Assembly: GCF_039654945.1 (NCBI RefSeq)
Contig: NW_027362082.1
Location: 496,001-560,000 of the forward strand
From: Dendrobates tinctorius
Taxonomy: Eukaryota
Direction of reading: 5' to 3'
DNA: 64,000 bases
A program made the position numbers and the translations under genes. The notes beneath the pieces were generated by a model. It worked only from the letters and a program-made list of their open reading frames with translations, made no database searches and was not told the DNA's origin. Shown piece by piece: positions 11,816 through 23,039 of the stretch (positions are counted from its first letter, which is position 1; each line of letters starts with the position of its first letter).

Positions 11816-12720
11816 GGGTATGTGCACACGTTGCTTATTCCATTGTGGATTTTTCTGCATGGATTCTGCAGAATCCGCAGGTAAGACGACCTGTGTTTTA
11901 CCTGCAGGTTCCTGCGGATTTAGTGCGGATTTGCTCTGCGTTTTTACACCTGCAGATTCCTATAATGGAATAGGTAAAGGTTTTAAATACAAGAGTTAGG
12001 ACTGTCCCACAAGGGTTGCTGTGACGTGGCGGGATGGCTTCTACATTATTTTGATCAAAATTATGTTAACTAAATACCCTTATTATTACTATTATTACTA
12101 CCTTCATGCAATTTTTGCAATATATTTTTTTACTTTTTTATTCCAGGATATTTGTTTTGTGTTTTGCTTTTGGTTTTCTCTGTGTAAAGGTCATGTGTTC
12201 ATATGCAATTACAATTTGCATGCACATTAATTTACTTTTTCTGCTCAGACCCAGTTTCTCATTTGTTTCATTGCGCATTCTGTGCATATAAGGGTGTGAC
12301 CGCCCTGCTTCTGAGTTGGAAAATCCATCCTGTCTGGCCTACACTATTACTGGTGGTTCAGTCCCTCTGTCCTTGTTCACATTTACGTCACTTGACAAGT
12401 GGAAAGGTTTTAAATACAAGAGTTAGGACTGTCCCACAAGGGTTGCCGTGACGTGGCGGGATGGCTTCTACATTATTTTGATCAAAATTATGTTAACTAA
12501 ATACCCTTATTATTACTATTATTACTACCTTCATGCAATTTTTGCAATATATTTTTTTACTTTTTTATTCCAGGATATTTGTTTTGTGTTTTGTTTTTGG
12601 TTTTCTCTATAATGGAATAGGTGTAAAACCGCTGCGGAATCCGCACAAAGAATTGACATGCTGTGGAAAATAAACCGCTGTGTTTCCGCGCTGAATTTTC
12701 AGCATCATGTGCACAGCGGT
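11816..12720. mobile_element. Harbinger-type MITE (partial), interrupted by the 11976-12606 insertion
   Basis: TAA|GGGTATGTGCACACG start; GCGGATT/AATCCGC palindromic motifs resume after 12607. Confidence 0.55.
11976..12606. mobile_element. Small retro-insertion with ~205-bp terminal direct repeats and 16-bp TSD (Penelope pLTR-like)
   Basis: Direct repeats 11976-12180 and 12403-12607; CTATAATGGAATAGGT at 11960-11975 and 12607-12622. Confidence 0.7.
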
Positions 12721-13085
12721 TTTTGTTGCTCACTATGGGCCTGATTCACCGTCTCTCCTGCCTTGATTGACATGGCTGACGTCTCCTGTGTCATCCACTG
12801 TCTGTCCAGCTCTCGCACCTGCACAGGAGGGAACAGGAGCTGCGCAGCGCAACAGACTGGATGACATAGGAGGCGTCAGCCACGTCAGTAAAGGCAGGAG
12901 GATGGCAATTGTGGGGTCAGAGGAGGTGCTAAGCAGGGACCATAGACACTCATCCGACTGGACGCTGCCGATTAGCTTACGAGAAGGAGAATGATTATTT
13001 TCTTAAGTTTGCAAGCGGCTGGAATCTTACAGGATGGCTTTTTAAATGTGGCTAAAAGATGGTGGCTACAGGTCTTACAGATTAA

Positions 13086-16000
13086 CCCCTTCACCCCCAA
13101 GGGTGGTTTGCACGTTCATGACTGGGCCAATTTTTACAATTCTGACCACTGTCCCTTTATGAGGTCATAACTCTGGAACGCTTCCATGGATCCCGGTGAT
13201 TCTGACATTGTTTTCTCGTGACATATTGTACTTCATGTTAGTGGTAAAATTTCAAATAACTTGCGTTTATTTGTGAGAAAAATGGAAATTTGGCGAAAAT
13301 TTTGAAAACTTCGCAATTTTCCAACTTTGAGTTTTTATGCCCTTAAATCACAGAGATACGGCACACAAAAAACTTGATAACTAATATTTCCCACATGTTT
13401 ACTTTACATCAGCACAATTTTGGAACCAAAATTTTTTTTTTTTGTTAGGAAGTTATAAGGGTTAAAAGTTGACCAGTGATTTCTCATTTTTACAACACCA
13501 TTTTATTTTTAGGACCACATCACATTTGAAGCCACTTTGAGGGGTCTATATGATAGAAAATACCCAAAAGTGACACCATTCTAAAAACTGCACCCCTTAA
13601 GGTGCTCAAAACCACATTCAAGAAGTTTATTAACCCTTTAAGTGCGTCACAGGAATTTTTTTGAATATTTAAAAAAAAATGAACATCTAACTTTTTTTCA
13701 CAAAAAAAAACTTCAGGTTCAATTTTTTTTATTTTACCAAGGGTAACAGGAGAAATTGGACTGTAAAAGTTATTGTGCAATTTGTCCTGAGTGCGCTGAA
13801 ACCTTATATGTGGGGGGGGAACGACTGTTTCGGCGCATGGCAGAGCTCAGAATGGAAGGAGTGCCGTTTGACTTTTTCAATGCAAAATTGGCTGGAATTC
13901 AGATCGGACGCCATGTCACGTTTGGAGAGTCCCTGATGTACCTAAACAGTGGAAACCTCCTACAAGTGACCCCATTTTGGAAACTAGACCCCCAAGGAAC
14001 TTATCTTGATATGCGGTGAGAACTTTGAACCCACAAGGGCTTTACAGAAGTTTATAACGTACAGCGGTGCAATTAAAAAATCATATTTTTTCCACAAAAA
14101 TGATCTTTTCACCCTCAATTCTTATTTTTCCAAGGGTAACAGGACCCTAAAAGTTATTGTGCAATTTGTCCTGAGTACGCTGATACCCCACATGTGGGGG
14201 TAAACCACTATTTGGGCGCATGGCCGAGCTCGGAAGGGAAGCAGCGCCATTTGACGTTTTTGGCTGGAATTGAGATCGGACACCATGTCGCGATTGGAAA
14301 ACCCCTGATGTACCTAAACAGTGGAAATCCCCCACAAATGACACCATTTTGGAAACTAGACCCCCTAAGGAACTTATCTAGATGTGTGGTGAGAACTTTG
14401 AACCCCCAAGGGCTTCACAGAAGTTTATAACATAAAGCCGTACAATTAAAAAATCATATTTTTTCCACAAAAATGATCTTTTCACCTTCAATTCTTATTT
14501 TTCCAAGGGTAACAGGACCCTAAAAGTTATTGTGCAATTTGTCCTGAGTACGCTCATACCCCACATGTGGGGGTAAACCACTATTTGGGCGCATGGCAGA
14601 GCTCGGAAGGGAAGCAGCGCCATTTGATGTTTTTGGCTGGAATTGAGATCGGACACCATGTCGCGATTGGAAAACCCCTGATGTACCTAAACAGTGGAAA
14701 CCCCCCACAAATGACACCATTTTGTAAACTAGACCCCCCAAGGAACTTATCTAGATGTGTGGTGAGCACTTTGAACTCCCCAGTGCTTCACAGAAGTTTA
14801 TAACGCCCGGGCGTGAAAATAAAAAATTCGTATTTTTTCCACAAACATGATCTTTTAGTCACCATTTTTTTATTTTCCCAACGGTACCAGGAGAAATTGG
14901 ACCCCAAAAGTTGTTGTCCTATTTGTCCTGAGTATGCTGATACCCCATATGTGGGAGAAAACTACTGTATGTACACACGTCGGGGCTCGGAAGGGAAGTA
15001 GTGACGTTTTGGAATGCAGACTTTGATGGAATGGTCTGCGGGTGTCATGTTGCCTTTGGAGAGCCCCTAATGTACCTAAACAGTGGAAACCCCCCACAAA
15101 TGACCCCATTTTGAAAACTAGACCCCCTAAGGAACTTATCTAGATGTGAGGTGAGCACTTTGAACCCCCAAAGGCTTCACAGAAGTTTATAATGCCAGGG
15201 CATGAAAATAAAAAAATCGTATTTTTTCCACAAACATGATCAATTAGTCCCCAATTTTTTTATTTTCCCAAGGGTAACAGGAGAAATTGAACCCCAAAAG
15301 ATGTTGTCCAATTTGTCATGAGTACGCTGACACCCCATATGTGGGAGAAAACTACTGTATGGACACACGTCGGGGCTCGGAAGGGAAGCAGTGACATTTT
15401 GGAATGCAGACTTTGATGGAATGGTCTGCGGGTGTCATGTGCGTTTGGAGAGCCCCTGATGTACCTAAACTATTGAAACTCCCCACAAGTGACCCCATTT
15501 TGGACACTAGGCCCCCCACGGAACTTATCTAGATGTGTGGTGAGCACTTTGAACCCCCAAGTGCTTCACAGAAGTTTATAACGCTCGGACGTGAAAATAA
15601 AAAAATCATTTTTTTCCACAAAAATGATATTTTTGCCCCCAATTTTTTATTTTCCTAAGGGTAACAGGAGAAATTGGACCCCAAAAATTGATTTGCAATT
15701 TGACCTGAGTAGGCTGATACATGTGGGGGTAAAACACTGGGCGCATGGCAGAGCTTGGAAGGGAAGGAGCACCATTTGACTTTTTTAACTCAGAATTGGC
15801 TGGAATTGAGATCAGACGCCATGTTGCATTTGGAGAGCCCCTGATGTGCCCAAACAGTGGAAACCCCCAATTATAACTCCAACCCTAACCCCAACACACC
15901 CCTAACCCTAATCTGAGCCCTAACCCTAGCACTAACCCTAGCCCTAACCCTAACGGGAAAATGGAAATAAATACATTTTTTAATTTTATTTTTCCCTAAC

Positions 16001-17419
16001 TAAGGGGGTGATAACGGGGGGTTTGATTTACTATTTATGGCGGTTTTTATGTTTGGCAGCTGTCACACGCTAAAAGACGCTTTTTATTGTAAAAATAGTT
16101 TTTGCATCACCACATATTGAGAGCTATAATTTTTCCGTATTTTGACCCACCGAGTCATGTGAGGTCTTATTTTTTGCGGGACGAGTTGACGTTTTTATTG
16201 GTACCATTTTCGGGCACGTGACATTTTTTGATCACTTTTTATTCCGATTTTTGGGACGCAGAATGAACAAAAACCAGCGTTTCATGAATTTCTTTTGGGG
16301 GGGTGCGTTTACACCGTTCCGCGTGCGATAAAATTGATAAAGCGTTTTTATTCTTCGTGTCAGTACGGTTACAGCGATACCTTATTTAGGTCGTTTTTTT
16401 TATGTTTTGTTGGTTTTATGCAATGAAAACTATTTTATATAAAAAATAATTATTTTTGCATCGCTTTATTCTGCGAGCTATAACTTTTTTATTTTTTTGC
16501 TGATGATGCTGTTTGGCAGCTCGTTTTTTGCGGGACAAGATGTCGTTTTCAGCGGTACCATGGATATTTATATGCGTCTTTTTGATCGCGCGTTATTACA
16601 CTTTTTGTTTGGCGGTATGATAACAAATCATTATTTTTTGCTTCGTTTTTTATTTTTATTTTTTAAGGGGTTCGCTAAAGGGGTTAACTAATGGGATAGT
16701 TTTATAGGGCGGGTCGTAACGGACGCGGCGATACCTAATATGTGTACTTTTATTGTTTTTTTTTTTTTATTTCTAAAAAATGGATTTATTTGGGGGAATA
16801 TTTTTTTTTTTTTCTAATTTATTTGGCGATTTTTTTTAATTTATTTTAACATTTTTTTTTATTTTTTTTTTTACTTTATTAAATAGTCCCAGGTGGGACA
16901 TCACTGTCCTGTGACAGATCGCTGATCTGTCACATCACAGATCACTGTGACAGATCAGCAATCTGTCACAGGCACTGCAGAAGGCTTCCTCATGCCTGCG
17001 CTTTGCAGGCACTGAGGAAGCCAGCTTCCTGCAGGCCCCCGAAGGCCCCCGTCGCCATCTTTGATTCGGGGGCCTGCAGGAAAGGAGCCCCCCGCAGCAG
17101 CGCTGCACATTGCGCTGCCGTGGGGGGCTCAGGGAAGCACGGAGGGAGCCCCCTCCCTGCCGATGCTTCCCTTTAACCCCCGGTACACCGTGATCATGTT
17201 TGATCGCGGTGTGCAAGGGGGTAACATGTTGGGGGCGGTCCGTGACCGCCCCTGACACATTGAGCCGGGTGTCAGCTGCGATAATCAGCTGACACCCGGC
17301 CGCGATCAGCGCCGCTCACCACGTGGGCGCCGCTGATCTCGGTAGACGTACTATCCCGTCCATGGGCATAGGGGCCCGGGTCCCATGGATGGGATAGTAC
17401 GTCTCATGTCAGAAAGGGG
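13086..17419. mobile_element. Non-autonomous piggyBac, 4.3 kb
   Basis: TTAA|CCCCTT ... AAGGGG|TTAA; ~370-390-bp array 13700-15870; telomere-like tract; hairpin-rich right end; no transposase. Confidence 0.9.
15880..15955. repeat. Degenerate (CCCTAA)n telomere-like tract inside piggyBac
   Basis: AACCCTAACCCC..CCCTAACCCTAATCTGAGCCCTAACCCTAGCACTAACCCTAGCCCTAACCCTAAC; equivalents at 50012-50080, 37865-37930 and 47100-47183. Confidence 0.75.
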
Positions 17420-17449
17420 TTAAAGTTCGGCTCACGATCGCCGAAATTG

Positions 17450-18173
17450 CAATATTCAACAATTTAATCATCGATTAAATCACCAAATATAGCCGAACAT
17501 ACCCAGCACAAAAGCCGGTGTTTCCCAACCTGTGTGACATTGTGGTAAACACGGACTAAAACTACATTATCCTATAACACAGCAAGTGAAGAGCTAAGCG
17601 GCCTATACACCAAGCACTTAACCGACCCAATTTAGAAAATAGGCATAAATGGATTAAAGCTAAAGCAGAATTTGACCTTTAGCTGGACAGACTAGAAAGA
17701 ATAAGGGGGAACCAAAAAACATCTGAATTTTTTAGATACGGTAATAAGGATGGTTCATTATTGGCTCGCTTGGCAAAAAGCCGAACACCTATGAGATTTA
17801 TAGGTAGATTGAATGATCACAAAGGTTCACCACAAACAGACCCAAAAATCATAAATGACATCTGGCATAAATACTATAACACATTGTATGAACAAGAACC
17901 AGTAGATGGAGAAGAGGGGAAGACATTCCTAGATAGACTATCCCTCCCAACAGTCTCAGAAGGTGAGAAAGATTCAACTCTACAATAAGAAAGGAAGAGA
18001 TAGTGGACACTATTAACTCCCTGAAAAATAGCGAGGCACCCGGACCAGATGGGCTGCCAGGGGAGTTCTGCAAAATATTAGTAGAAGAGGTTTCTTCTCC
18101 ACTGGTGGCCGTTTTTATCAAATCCTAAAAGAAAAGGTATACCTGCCAACAGGAAATAGGGCCAATATTAAAG
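17450..18173 (+). pseudogene. L1/Tx1-type LINE ORF2 fragment
   Basis: FFRYGNKDGSLLARL...YYNTLY...FLDRLSLP, then (frameshift) INSLKNSEAPGPDGLPGEF, the L1 pre-RT motif. Confidence 0.8.
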
Positions 18174-19123
18174 TACACTACCGTGTGACTATTCTAGCTG
18201 CAAATGTCTGGTTTGTAATGCAATATCTTCATAGGTGTAAGGAGGCCCATTTCCAACAACCATCACTACAGTGTTCTTATGGTACTTTGATAACTGTGTA
18301 AGAAGCTAATGGATGGTTAGATTACCATTGTGCAAGTATGTTAGCACAGCTGAAAACAGTTTGGCTGATTAGAGAAGCTATAAATCTGACCTTCCTTTGA
18401 GCTAGTTGAGAATCTGGAGCATTATATTTGTTGGTTCCATTAAACTCTCAAAATGGCCAGAAAAAAGGACTTTCGTGTGAAACTTGACAGTCTATTCTTG
18501 TTCTTAGAAATGAATTATTTGTGAGACATTGCCAGAAAACTGAAGAATTCCTACCACGGTGTGTACTACTCCCTTCAGAGGAGACGACAAACAGGCTCTA
18601 ACCAGAGTAGAAAGTGAAGTAGGAGGCCCCACTGCACAACTGAGTAACAAGTACATTAGAGTCTGTAGTTTGAGAAATCGACGCCTCACAGGTCCTCAAC
18701 TGGCAGCTTCATTAAATACACACAAAACACCAGTATCAACACCTACAGTGAAGAGGCGACTCCGGGATGCTGGCCTACAGGGCAAAGTGGAAAAGAAAAA
18801 GCCATATCTGAGACTGGCTAATAAAAGGAAAAGATTAATATGGGCAAAAGAACACAGACATTGGACAGAGGAAGATTGGAAAAAAGTGTTAAGGACAGAC
18901 GAATCCAAGTTTGAGGTGTTTGGATCACACAGAAGAACATTTGTGAGACGCAGATTAACTGAAAAGATGATGAAAGAGTGCCTGACGCCATCTGTCAAGC
19001 ATGGTGGAGGTAACGTGATGGTCAGGGGTTGCTTTGGTGATGGTAAAGTGTGAGATTTGTACAAGGTAAAAGGGATTTTGAATAAGGAAGGCTATCACTC
19101 CATTTTGCAACGCCATGCCATAC

Positions 19124-19945
19124 TGTTATGGATGAGTCACCGAAGGAGGAAAAAACAAAAATAATAGCTAAGTCCAGAAAACCAGAGAAGTTGGAAGCTA
19201 TCGGATTGCAGACCCCCTGAACCTATCCACAACAACTAGCAGTAGCCGTGGGGGGTTCCTACGGTGCCCTAGACCCCTCGATCACAGCCAGAGAACTAAA
19301 TAACCTAAAGACAGAAAGGGAAATCTAAACTGCCCCAGAGCAGCCCCCAAAGCAATAGGCAGCCCCCAACATATAATGACTGTGAAGCAAGATGAAAAAC
19401 ACTAACACAGATAGAAAGATAGGCTGAGCAAATGATGGGGCCCAAGCTAACTAAATAAGACAGGACAGAAAAGCTGCTGTCTGCAATCCGCAAAAACCCT
19501 ATCCAAAAATGTACCAACAGACTGATAGGAGAAACAGGCCCTGAAGTCGCTAGGCTTCAAAAAGACTATATCAGCACTCAGGTAAATTCTTAAGACAGAG
19601 CCAAAGATCAACAGATCAGAGACAAAAATGGAATTCAGCTCACCCCTGGCCGGGGATGGCAGAACTCCCAAAAAACAAGGCAAACAAAACCAGAACTAAA
19701 GTGTACAAAAAGCAGAGCAAAACTTAGCTTTGAGAAGCAGAAATCAGACTGGTCTCCAAGAATGCAGCAGGAAGATCACCAGCAAGGCAGCAGGGCGTCG
19801 GCTGCCTTATATCCAGTCATCAGTTCCTGTGACCCAGTCATCATCTACCTGCTCAGCTGTTTGGTAATCAGCCTCACTACCTTCCTTCGCCAGAAGAGGG
19901 AGTTCATCAGACATCACTGGTGAAGGGAAAAATGAACTCACAACA
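19124..19945 (-). mobile_element. Solo LTR, 6-bp TSD CCATAC
   Basis: TGTTATG...CACAACA; CCATAC at 19118-19123 and 19946-19951; removing it restores Tc1 HAIP coding sequence. Confidence 0.9.
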
Positions 19946-20366
19946 CCATACCCTGTGGACAGCGCTTGAATGGAGCCAATTTCATCCTACAACAGGACAA
20001 TGACCCAAATTATGAAAGAACTATTTAGGGAAGAAGCTGGCAGCTGGTATTCTATCTGTAATGGAATGGCCAGGGCAGTCACCAGATCTCAACACCATTG
20101 AGCTGTTGTGGGAGCAGCTTGACCGTATGGCACGCAAAAAGTGCCCATCAAGACAAACCAACTTGTGGGAGAGGCTTCTGGAAGCATGGGGTGAAATTTC
20201 TCCAGATTACCTCAGCAAATTAACTGCTAGAATGCCAAAGGTTTGCAATGCTGGAATTGCAGCAAAGGGAGCATTCTCTGACAAAAGCAAAATTTGAAGG
20301 AGAAAATTATTATTTCAAATAAAAATCTTTTTTTCGAACCTTGTCAATGTCTGGACGAGATTTTAA

Positions 20367-22183
20367 CCCCTTACAGACCGCTGACGGGATAGTACATCAG
20401 CGGTCAGTATCCTCTGCTTTGATGTGGGCTCCGGCGGTGAGCCCACTTCAAAACCTCGACATGTCAGCTGTTATAAACAGGTGACATGTGCCGGCAATAG
20501 GCGCGGGCGGAATCAAGATCTGCCCGCGCCTATTAACTAGTTAAATCCCACTGTCAAACACTGACAGCGGGCATTAAACTAGTATTTCCGGCGTCCAGCC
20601 GGAAATGAGCGTATCACCAACCCCCGTCACGTGATCAGGGGTCAGCGACGCGTTGCCATGACAATCAGAGGTCTCATAGAGACCTCTATGGTTGTTGCCG
20701 TCAGATTGCTATGAGTGCCACTCTGTTGTTGGCGCTCATAGCAATGCTGTATTACTGCTACATATGAGCGATCTGCTCATCTCCCATATGTAGCAGAGCC
20801 GATCAAGTATGGCATGCTTCTACTCTCCCGTGGAGACTATTGAAGCGTGCCAAAAATAAAAAAAAAGTGTTTAAAAATTAAAGAAAATAAAAATCATAAA
20901 AATTCAAATCACCCCCCTTTCGCCCCAATCAAAATAAACAATAAAAAAAATCAAACCTACAGATATTTGGTATCGCCGCATTCAGAATCGCCCGATCTAT
21001 CAATAAAAAAAGGATTAACCCGACTGCTAAATGGCGTAGCGAGAAAAAAAATCAAAACGCCAGAATTACGGTTTTTTGGTCGCCGTGACATTGCATTAAA
21101 ATGCAATAACGGGTGATCAAAAGAATGTATCTGCACAAATATGGTATCATTAAAAACATCAGCTCGGCACGCAAAAAATAAGCCCTCACCAAGCACAAGA
21201 TCACGAAAAATGGAGACGCTACGGGGCTCGAAAAATTGTGCTTATTTTTTAGCAAATTTTGGAATTTTTTTCCACCACTTGGATAAAAGAGAACCTAGAC
21301 ATGTTTGGAGTCTATGAACTCGTAATGAGCTGGAGAATCATGATGGCAGGGCAGTTTTAGCATTTAGTGAACTTAGCAAAAAAGCCAAACAAAAAAGTGA
21401 GGGTTTGCACTTTTTTTCAATTTTACCGCATTTAGAATTTTTTTTCCCGGTTTTGAGTACAAGACATGATAAAACGAATGGTGTCGTTCAAAAGCACAAC
21501 TCATCCTGCATACAGCCATACTGACGGAGAAATAAAAAAGTTATGGCTCTGGAAATAAGGGGAGCGAAAAATGAAAAAAGCTCCGTTCATTAAAGGGAGT
21601 CTGTCACCCCATTTTAGCCCTATCAGCTGCGGCCACCGCCATCAGGGGCTTATCTACAGCATTCTGTAATGCATTCTGTAATGCTGCAGATAAGCCCCTG
21701 ATGTAACCTGAAAGATAAGAAAAACACGTGAGATTATACTCACCGGGGGGCGTTGCAGTCTGGTCCAGGGCCTCCCATCTTCATACGATGACGTCCTCCT
21801 CCTAACTTCTCCCTCGGCTGCCGCGCAGGCGTGCTTTATCGGTCCTGTAGAAGGCAGAGCAGAGTACTGCAGTGCGCAGGCGCGGGACCTCTGTGCCCTT
21901 CCCGGCCCCTCGCACTGCAGTACTTTACTCTGCCCTCTACAGGTCAGATCAGTACGCCTGCACAGGAGCCGAGGGAGAAGTTAGGAGGACGTCATCGTAT
22001 GAAGATGGGAGGCACCGTACGCCGGGGTGAGTATAATCTAACGTGTTTTCCTTATCTTTCGGGTTACATCGGGGCTTATCTACAGCATTACAGAATGCAT
22101 TACAGAATGCTGCAGATAAGCCCCTGATGGCGGCGGCCCCAGCTTATAGTGCTAAAATGGGGTGACAGACTCCCTTTAAGTGG
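20367..22183. mobile_element. Non-autonomous piggyBac, opposite orientation to 13086-17419
   Basis: TTAA|CCCCTT..GACGGGATAGTAC left end; GTGG|TTAA right end; AT-rich part resembles the reverse complement of ~16000-16700. Confidence 0.75.
21594..22175. mobile_element. T2/Kolobok MITE, almost fully palindromic
   Basis: TTAA|AGGGAGTCTGTCACCCC ... GGGGTGACAGACTCCCT|TTAA; arms extend to the centre near 21900. Confidence 0.92.
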
Positions 22184-22667
22184 TTAAATTAATTTGGCAA
22201 CTCAATAGATGAATAAAAGTCGGAGTTTTCATGGAAAACACAAAATTGTCTGGGTGACCCCAAACTTTGGAGCGGTCGTGTGTTACACAAGCGATTCCCC
22301 TGAGGGTTAATAATCCTCCCTGTCCCCTAGAGGTGGAGGGGGTAACATGGGGCCACTTGTGGGGTCTCTGGTGTCAGCGCTCTTCACACGTCACACGGCG
22401 TCCGCCGTCTATCCCAGTCACAATGGCGCCCCTTCCCTCCTGAGCCTGTGGGGTATCGGCACTCAGGAGACACGGCGCACTGTGCGGCCTCAGCACTCCT
22501 GTCACCTTTAGGACAATGATACATTGGGGGGAAAGTCACATTTCTGTGAGGAAAACAGGAAAATTGTCATTTTTTCCTTCCACATTGCTGAAATTCCCGT
22601 CACACTGTCCGAATTCAGAGATTGTCCTGTCAGAAAGGAGAAGACAGGGAGCGAAAGGGTTAATAGG

Positions 22668-22800
22668 ACTCACAGGAGGAACCGGCCCAGAAAGCAGAAG
22701 GTCCAGGAGTGTCCACCACATATATGGCTGCTCTGTGCACACAGGACCTGTAGTGACGTCATGCCCATGTGACCAGAAGGGGCGGTGCCTCCTCCTCCAT
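22668..22800 (-). promoter_or_regulatory. Candidate promoter/first exon (possibly for KRAB gene 1)
   Basis: CRE TGACGTCA 22754-22761, CATGTGAC E-box, GC box GGGGCGG 22779-22785, minus-strand GTGAGT donor at 22673-22668; non-repetitive-looking GC-rich stretch. Confidence 0.35.
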
Positions 22801-23039
22801 AGAGCAGACGGGAGGAAGCTGTGGCCCCGCCCACACTGTCCAGCATTCACCATAGGAGAGCAGTGTGGAGAGCGCGCAGCAGAGGAGCGGAGCTTTCAGC
22901 GGGGAAGAGCGCGGAGGAGGGAGCAGCCGACACCCCGCAGAGGACAGAAAGAAGACGGTCTGTGGAGAGAGAGTGTGGGGGGGCAGAGGCTGGGCATGGG
23001 GTAACAGGCAGAGGCTGCCAATGTGGGGTGGGGAGAGGC

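Larger units (their letters stand above)
18176..22280 (+). mobile_element. Tc1 element (degenerate transposase 18453-20297) split by an LTR and a piggyBac insertion
   Basis: TA|CACTACCGT left end; GGTGACCCCAAACTTTGGAGCGGTCGTG right end; WKKVLRTDESKFE, VKHGGGNVMV, QQDND, WPGQSPDLNTIE motifs. Confidence 0.85.
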
